Source: an uncultured Planctomycetaceae bacterium
GTDB lineage: Bacteria > Planctomycetota > Planctomycetia > Pirellulales > Thermoguttaceae
Length of the DNA: 53,064 nucleotides
Reading direction: 5' to 3'
NCBI GenBank assembly: GCA_964505295.1
Contig: CAZDHR010000002.1
Location: 1-53,064 of the forward strand
The notes below the pieces were generated by a model. The model was not told the origin of the DNA. It did no database searches and saw nothing but the letters and a program-made list of their open reading frames with translations. Of this stretch, positions 48,136-53,064 are shown one piece after another. Each line of letters starts with the position of its first letter. Position 1 is the first letter of the stretch. Both the position numbers and the translations under genes were made by a program.

Positions 48136-48396
48136 TCACGCGCTCTTGCGTACGCCGAGCAGCTCGCGCAACGGATACGGCATCGGCGCCGAGACGACGG
48201 CCGGCTCCCGTCGCAAGACGTCGAGCAGAAGCTCCAGTTGGTCCAACGGCCCGACGGCCAGGTCGAGGAAGACCAGCTTCTGGCCGCGGATCTCGCAGTC
48301 GCCCCCCCCGCTGCCGTCGAGCCATTCCTGCCGTACCCGATACCCTACTTGCTCAGCCAGCGCAATCGCTGCCTCCAAGAGCTCTACTGTGTGCAT
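48136..48396 (-). CDS. Hypothetical protein (86 aa)
   Basis: ATG 48396 with GGAGAA about 8 nt upstream. Balanced amino-acid composition. Convergent with nadD. No family recognised. Confidence 0.5.
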   Translation of the reverse strand: MHTVELLEAAIALAEQVGYRVRQEWLDGSGGGDCEIRGQKLVFLDLAVGPLDQLELLLDVLRREPAVVSAPMPYPLRELLGVRKSA

Positions 48397-48799
48397 CCCA
48401 GCTTCTCCAGATCGCCAGCCGCCGTGCCGAACGAGACGAAGTCCGGCGGATTATATCGGCTTGCGTTTCAGTTGCCGAGACGTGTTCGACGATAGGGTCC
48501 ATACAGGCTAACCCTTTATGTTGTTTAGAGTTAAGACGCGGCTTCCCGGCAAGGCAGTGAGAACAACGGCAATCGGATAAAGCGGCGAGTCTGGCGTCGT
48601 CAACGCAGGTTTAACGGTCAGGAACTTCAGCCAAGACGGAAAGGCTGTCCGTCAAGCCCATCCGTAGCAACCGCAGGTGCCATCCCGGAGGCCGCCGCGG
48701 CGTGCTACATCGGTGCAAGGAACCGACGCATCGGCTGACGACGGACGAGCCGGTCGACGTTAGCGCACTGTCCGACACGCTTCGAAATCGGAGGTACCC

Positions 48800-49642
48800 G
48801 TGACACCCGCCCCAGACAGCGACGGCCCGAGCCTCGAGCAACAGAACCAGATGCTCATCGAACAGTTGATGCAGGCGCAGAAACTGACCGCGTTGGGCGA
48901 GTTGGTCGGCACCACCACGCACGAGTTCAACAACATCCTGATGACGATTCTCAACTACGCGAAGCTGGGGCTCCGCCACAAAGACGCGGCCACGCGGGAA
49001 AAGGCATTCGAAAAGATCCTTGCGGCCGCCAATCGGGCGGCCAAGATCACCAACAGCGTGCTGGGCATCGCCCGAAATCGCTCGGCCGGCCAGGAAGCCA
49101 CCGACCTGACGGTGTTGGTCAACGACACGCTGGTGCTCCTAGAACGGGAGATGAACAAGTTCCGCGTCAAGGTCGACCGGCAGTTCCAGCCGATCCCGGA
49201 AGCCTACGTCAACGGAAACCAGATCCAGCAGGTCCTGCTCAACCTGCTGATCAACGCCCGGCAGGCCATGCCCCACGGCGGGCGCCTGATCATCAAGCTC
49301 TTGCACGACGCCGAACACGACATGATCGACATGGTGGTCCGCGACTTCGGCTCCGGCATCCCCCCAGAGAAGCTCCCGCACATCTTCGATTCCTTCTACA
49401 CCACCAAGGCGGGCCCCGACGCCAGCGGCAAGGGGGGCACCGGCCTGGGCCTCTCGATGTGCAAGGAGATCATCGAAGCCCATCACGGACGGATCCGCGT
49501 CGATAGCACCGTCGGCAAGGGCACCGCCTTCACCTTGAAGCTCCCCACCGTCGCCAAGGCCGCTGCCCGACAACGCCCGACAACGCTCCCCCTCACCCCG
49601 CAACCCAACGTCCCCAATCAACCCACCGTGGGCACAACCTGA
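48800..49642 (+). CDS. Cytoplasmic histidine kinase lacking a sensor domain
   Basis: GTG 48800 with GGAGG about 7 nt upstream. H-box LGELVGTTTHEFNNIL (His41, nt 48920-48922), N-box LLNLLINARQAM, G1 VRDFGSGIP, F-box FDSFYTTK, G2 GTGLGLSMCKEI. Only ~30 residues precede the DHp helix and there is no TM segment. Confidence 0.88.
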   Translation: MTPAPDSDGPSLEQQNQMLIEQLMQAQKLTALGELVGTTTHEFNNILMTILNYAKLGLRHKDAATREKAFEKILAAANRAAKITNSVLGIARNRSAGQEATDLTVLVNDTLVLLEREMNKFRVKVDRQFQPIPEAYVNGNQIQQVLLNLLINARQAMPHGGRLIIKLLHDAEHDMIDMVVRDFGSGIPPEKLPHIFDSFYTTKAGPDASGKGGTGLGLSMCKEIIEAHHGRIRVDSTVGKGTAFTLKLPTVAKAAARQRPTTLPLTPQPNVPNQPTVGTT

Positions 49643-49701
49643 CGTGAGTTGAGCGACGCCAACCGCGGCCGCCCCACACGCCCGGGCGGTTGTCGCACGG
49701 C

Positions 49702-50466
49702 CTATCCCGGGGCGGAACTTGGCTGCCACGTGCCGGTCGGCTGGCTTCCCGAGGGGTTCGTCGCCGGCGGGCTCGGAAGAGACAGCACGCCCGGCGCGGT
49801 CTGCGGCTGGAGCGTCTGGACCGGTGGGCACGTCGCCGGCATCGCCGGTCCCCACTCTGGCACGCCCACTCCCGCTCGGGCCATGAGTTTCTGGATGATC
49901 CGCTGCTCCAGCGCCGTATCGCGCCCCATCGGGATCCAGCCCTCGTGAACCTCCTGCTCGCCCACCGGGCTGACCACCCGTGTGAGTGACGAATCGTTGC
50001 GGAAGGTGGCCGCGCCGGCCGTCGCGTGCGCCGGCCGGACCACGTCCTCCAACTCCTTGAACACAGCCACGTCGACCAGATAGCCGCCCTGGGCCGGTCT
50101 CACGCGAACCGTCGCGTGGCGCCGCATCGACTGGAGCGTGCTTTCCAGCTTCTCATAAGGGTTGGCCGAATCGCGTCGCCAAGGCTCGAACATCGTCGAG
50201 CCGACCGCCGGAAACGTGTCCAGGCGCCCCTCCGTCACCACGTTCCCCACCAGCCGCACCGGCTCCTCCTGCTCGATCTTGAAGTAGTCGTCCACCACGT
50301 CGACCACCAACTCCCAGGCACGCTCGTGATCGCCGACCGGCAACAGCACCGGGTTGTTCTGGAAGACGTTCGTCGTCTCCCACACTGGGCTCGTCACCGG
50401 CGGAGCCACCGAGCAGCCGCTGATGGCAAGCAACGTAAGTCCAACCGCAATGAAGCGACGCATCAC
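49702..50466 (-). CDS. Lipoprotein, function unknown (254 aa)
   Basis: MMRRFIAVGLTLLAISGC carries a lipobox (L-A-I-S-G-C). The remainder is protein-like (EPWRRDSANPYEKLESTLQSMRR...). Confidence 0.7.
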   Translation of the reverse strand: MMRRFIAVGLTLLAISGCSVAPPVTSPVWETTNVFQNNPVLLPVGDHERAWELVVDVVDDYFKIEQEEPVRLVGNVVTEGRLDTFPAVGSTMFEPWRRDSANPYEKLESTLQSMRRHATVRVRPAQGGYLVDVAVFKELEDVVRPAHATAGAATFRNDSSLTRVVSPVGEQEVHEGWIPMGRDTALEQRIIQKLMARAGVGVPEWGPAMPATCPPVQTLQPQTAPGVLSLPSPPATNPSGSQPTGTWQPSSAPG

Positions 50467-51435
50467 GACCCGTTGTAGGCGAGAGTCCGGCTCGTAAGAG
50501 GGGGGCTACACCAGCCCATGAGGCATCCCTAGAGACAATGGGGGGCGTAGTTTCCCAAGATGCCCGCCCGACCGCAAGGTCAACTCGGGCCACCTGAGCC
50601 TGCCTAAGCTGCGCTCCCCTGCCAGTTTCACACAGTCCAGGCGGCGCTGTTTTGGTCAACGATTCGCCGTTTTTCCGTGTTGGGGGCCCCGTCGGCCAAA
50701 TGCCCTTTCTTCATTTCTGGGCCCTCCCTCAGCAAATCCGTCCCGTCCTCCGTCGCGCCTTCTCGGCACGACAACCGCGGCACAGGCGCCCGTGCGTGCG
50801 ATTTCCACTCCAGTACACGTCGTAGGGCACCACGGTCCCTTGCCCACCTACCGCCCCCGCCGACGCCGACGCCAATTCGACCCCAAGAATGGCCACCCGC
50901 CGAACGGGGGGCAAGGGGCAAAAGGATGAATGTGTGAGGATTGGGCGAAAGCCAACATCCCCACTTCCCCAAGGGGACCGGGCCGGTACAGGGATCGCGG
51001 GGACACAGAACGGGTCCGGAATGCAGAGCGACGGGTCTCGTTTTGCTCGTCAGCGATGGATCTTCGGGGCACTGATTGAACAAACCAGTTTCGGCCAGTG
51101 GCAATGCTTGGGTACCCCTCTCGTCGCTTGGAGCGGGGCTGGTCCTGAACGGGAAACGCATGTTGACACCCGGCACCGTCCCGCCAAACTGAGGGGACCG
51201 TGGGTCTCCGGCGTTCCTGCAAACCAACGTTCTGCTGGAAAGCTGTTCAGCGTGCCGTGCCTCCTGCGCGCGTGCCCCCACCATGGCAGAGTCAGGGTCA
51301 CAGTGGGAATCAGGATTCCTATCAGTGGCTTGGACGCGGAGAACTGTTTCTGGCACCGACGGGTGGCAATGGCATCTGGCAATTGCCTATCCCAGTGATC
51401 TCAAGAAGTCCACCGCGGGGCCGGCCCAGGGGACG

Positions 51436-51894
51436 TTACCGCGCGTGGGCCGGGCGGCGGCCGGGTTGGGCCTTCTTGCGGCGGGCGTGGTTGTTTTCGC
51501 CGAGGATCTTTTGGGCCTTGGCGGGGTTGTTCACCTTGACCACGGCGAGGCCGCCGCCTTTGGACCCGCTCTGGCTGGCGAAGGAGCTGTAGGCGTAGTC
51601 GATGTTGAGGTGCTCCGCCGCCAGGCGCTCGCAGACATTGCGGAACGCTCCCGGCTGCTTGGGGACGTCGACCAGCAGGACGTCGGCCACGTCGTAGCGG
51701 ATATTGATCTTGTCGAGGACTTTGGTCGCCGCCGCCGCGTCGTCGGGCACGAAGCGGACCGTGCCCCGGTCGCCGGAATCCATGACCACCAGCGCCCGGA
51801 AGTCCACCTTGCCTTTGTGCAGGGCCTCGAGCATCGAGGCGAGTCGACCCGGCTTGTTCACTAGACGGACCGAGATTTGCTTGGCCGTTTGCAT
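51436..51894 (-). CDS. ACT domain-containing protein (152 aa)
   Basis: AAGGAGG lies 6-7 nt upstream of ATG 51894. Two ACT-like halves (ISVRLVNKPGRLASMLEAL...VRFV and LLVDVPKQPGAFRNVCERLAAEHLNIDYAY...VVKV). Confidence 0.75.
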   Translation of the reverse strand: MQTAKQISVRLVNKPGRLASMLEALHKGKVDFRALVVMDSGDRGTVRFVPDDAAAATKVLDKINIRYDVADVLLVDVPKQPGAFRNVCERLAAEHLNIDYAYSSFASQSGSKGGGLAVVKVNNPAKAQKILGENNHARRKKAQPGRRPAHAR

Positions 51895-52499
51895 CCCGTG
51901 CCTCCTTTCCTAGGTCGTGGTTGTGAGTCGCTGCGAGAGATTCTCCTAACAACGCAGCCACCGGCACCTTTCCGAGTGGTCGATGGGGAGATTTCCCAGA
52001 GAGCCGAGAATGCAGGGCGCCCGACATGCGCCCTTGCACGGCAGAAGAGAAGAGAGTTGCGCAACGGTGCGTCTCATGTACGCTACCCGTATTGGCGAAA
52101 CGGACCGGAAGGCCGTAGTATTATGCTAACATGCCGGCGGCCCGGGTCAATCAAATCCTGGGAAAGGGGGGCGGAATCGGACCGGCGAGTGAAGGGGACC
52201 GGGACTGGACAGTTTGCCAGGGCCTCCACGATTGCGCAGGCCCCCCTCCTGTTGGGGGTTGTCGCGAGTGGCCCCCCTCCAGAGAGCCGTCCCCGAGGAG
52301 ATGGTATGCTCCAGGGACCAACCGGTTCCCATTGGGTGATTGCCAGGGCCGGAACTTTCTGGTCGATTGGATCGTCTCACCAGATAGACGGCCTCGCCGG
52401 CCGTTCGTCCGAGGCGATTTTCCTGGGGGACGGCCCGGTCGCCGCGGCACTCGTTCGCACGTCCCGCCGACCACGTCTGGCAAATAGAGGAGACTTGCC

Positions 52500-53064
52500 A
52501 TGAACCGGTTCGTGAGCCTTCTGACGGCACTGGTGTTGCTCGTGCTTCCGGGCCTGGCCTGGGGGCAGGGGTTGTTGGTCGTGGTCGACCCGAACCAGCA
52601 GGTCCGCCTGCCGCGGCCGATCATCATCTGGCCCCCGCACCCTCCCCGGCCTCCGCGGCCGATCCCCCGCCCGGTGCCTCCGCCGGCGACCTACAAGATC
52701 CAGGAGTTGGACGTCAACGCCCGGCTCATCGATCAGGTGGCCCAGGTCCGAGTTTCGCAGTCGTTTGTGAACACGGGCAGCCGGCAGCTCGAGGTTGCGT
52801 TCATCTTCCCGCTGCCCTACGACGGCGCGGTCGACCGGATGACGCTCCTGGTCGACGGCAAGGAGTATCCGGCCAAGCTGATGGAGGCCGACGACGCCCG
52901 GCGCATGTACGAAGAGATCGTCCGCAAGAACAAGGACCCCGCGCTGTTGGAGTGGATGGGCACCGGGCTGTTCAAGACGATCGTCTTTCCGGTGCCGCCC
53001 GGCGCGAAGCGGACCGTCTCGCTCCGCTACTCGCAGCTTCTGCGCAAGCAGGAGGGGCTAACCG
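52500..53064 (+). CDS. VIT (vault protein inter-alpha-trypsin) domain protein, 5' partial, continues beyond the window
   Basis: Not in the ORF track because there is no stop in the window. ATG 52500 with AGAGGAG 7 nt upstream. Signal peptide MNRFVSLLTALVLLVLPGLAWG, Pro-rich linker, then YKIQELDVNARLIDQVAQVRVSQSFVNTGSRQLEVAFIFPLPYDGAVDRMTLLVDGKEY. I translated 188 codons by hand and found no stop. Confidence 0.8.
   Translation, partial: MNRFVSLLTALVLLVLPGLAWGQGLLVVVDPNQQVRLPRPIIIWPPHPPRPPRPIPRPVPPPATYKIQELDVNARLIDQVAQVRVSQSFVNTGSRQLEVAFIFPLPYDGAVDRMTLLVDGKEYPAKLMEADDARRMYEEIVRKNKDPALLEWMGTGLFKTIVFPVPPGAKRTVSLRYSQLLRKQEGLT

Noticed and set aside
48611-48979. 122-aa minus-strand ORF overlapping the histidine kinase start
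   Set aside because: It is antisense to the well-supported kinase gene and to its SD, and has no motifs of its own.
50481-50493. GAGAGTCCGGCTC resembling the RNase P RNA CR-I/P4 strand (GGAAAGUCCGGGCUC)
   Set aside because: The would-be P4 partner (ACAGAACGGGTCCGGAAT, ~51005) lies ~520 nt away. It gives a G-A mismatch where CCGGCUU is required. Other conserved RNase P blocks were not found.
51012-51026. GGGTCCGGAATGCAG resembling the SRP RNA domain IV apex (GGUCCGGAAGGAAGCAGC)
   Set aside because: The sequence after the GGAA loop cannot pair back to form the conserved helix 8 with its symmetric and asymmetric loops. This is only a short chance match.
50628-51356. 242-aa minus-strand ORF in the 970-nt gap
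   Set aside because: Pro/Gly/Arg-rich with no SD, no motifs and several Cys/Trp in unstructured context. Not convincing as a gene.

Overview
GC-rich bacterial chromosomal window (roughly two-thirds G+C by eye, not computed). Protein leader motifs and domain content point to Planctomycetota, which is an inference. About 65% of the window (5869-40410, minus strand, 34,542 nt) is one uninterrupted 11,513-codon ORF with a consensus Shine-Dalgarno. It encodes a mosaic extracellular protein with three unrelated peptidase catalytic domains: subtilisin S8, an HEXXHXXGXXH metzincin and a clostripain-like C11. These sit among Calx-beta-like, LamG, FG-GAP, NHL, PPC, beta-helix, GEVED, NIDO and 8-bladed propeller modules, plus 11 copies of a ~55-aa 'FEFD' module I cannot place in a known family. 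Directly downstream on the same strand (467-5137) is a 1,556-aa gingipain-like (C25) peptidase. It shares the giant protein's unusual N-terminal E-x-R-x-LLS leader and a ~470-540-aa C-terminal module built from 47/48-aa acidic repeats. I read the pair as a candidate cell-surface multi-protease system. The remaining genes are ordinary: priA, an 842-aa secreted hypothetical protein, a small membrane protein, nadD, an 86-aa hypothetical protein, a sensor-less histidine kinase, a lipoprotein, an ACT-domain protein, and the 5' end of a VIT-domain gene that runs off the right edge and is absent from the ORF track. I recognised no rRNA, tRNA, CRISPR array, transposase or integrase. Most other long ORFs in the track are antisense or off-frame shadows typical of high-GC DNA. 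Sub-domain coordinates are approximate (about +/-30 nt) unless a motif coordinate is given. Motif coordinates were checked against the reading frame.
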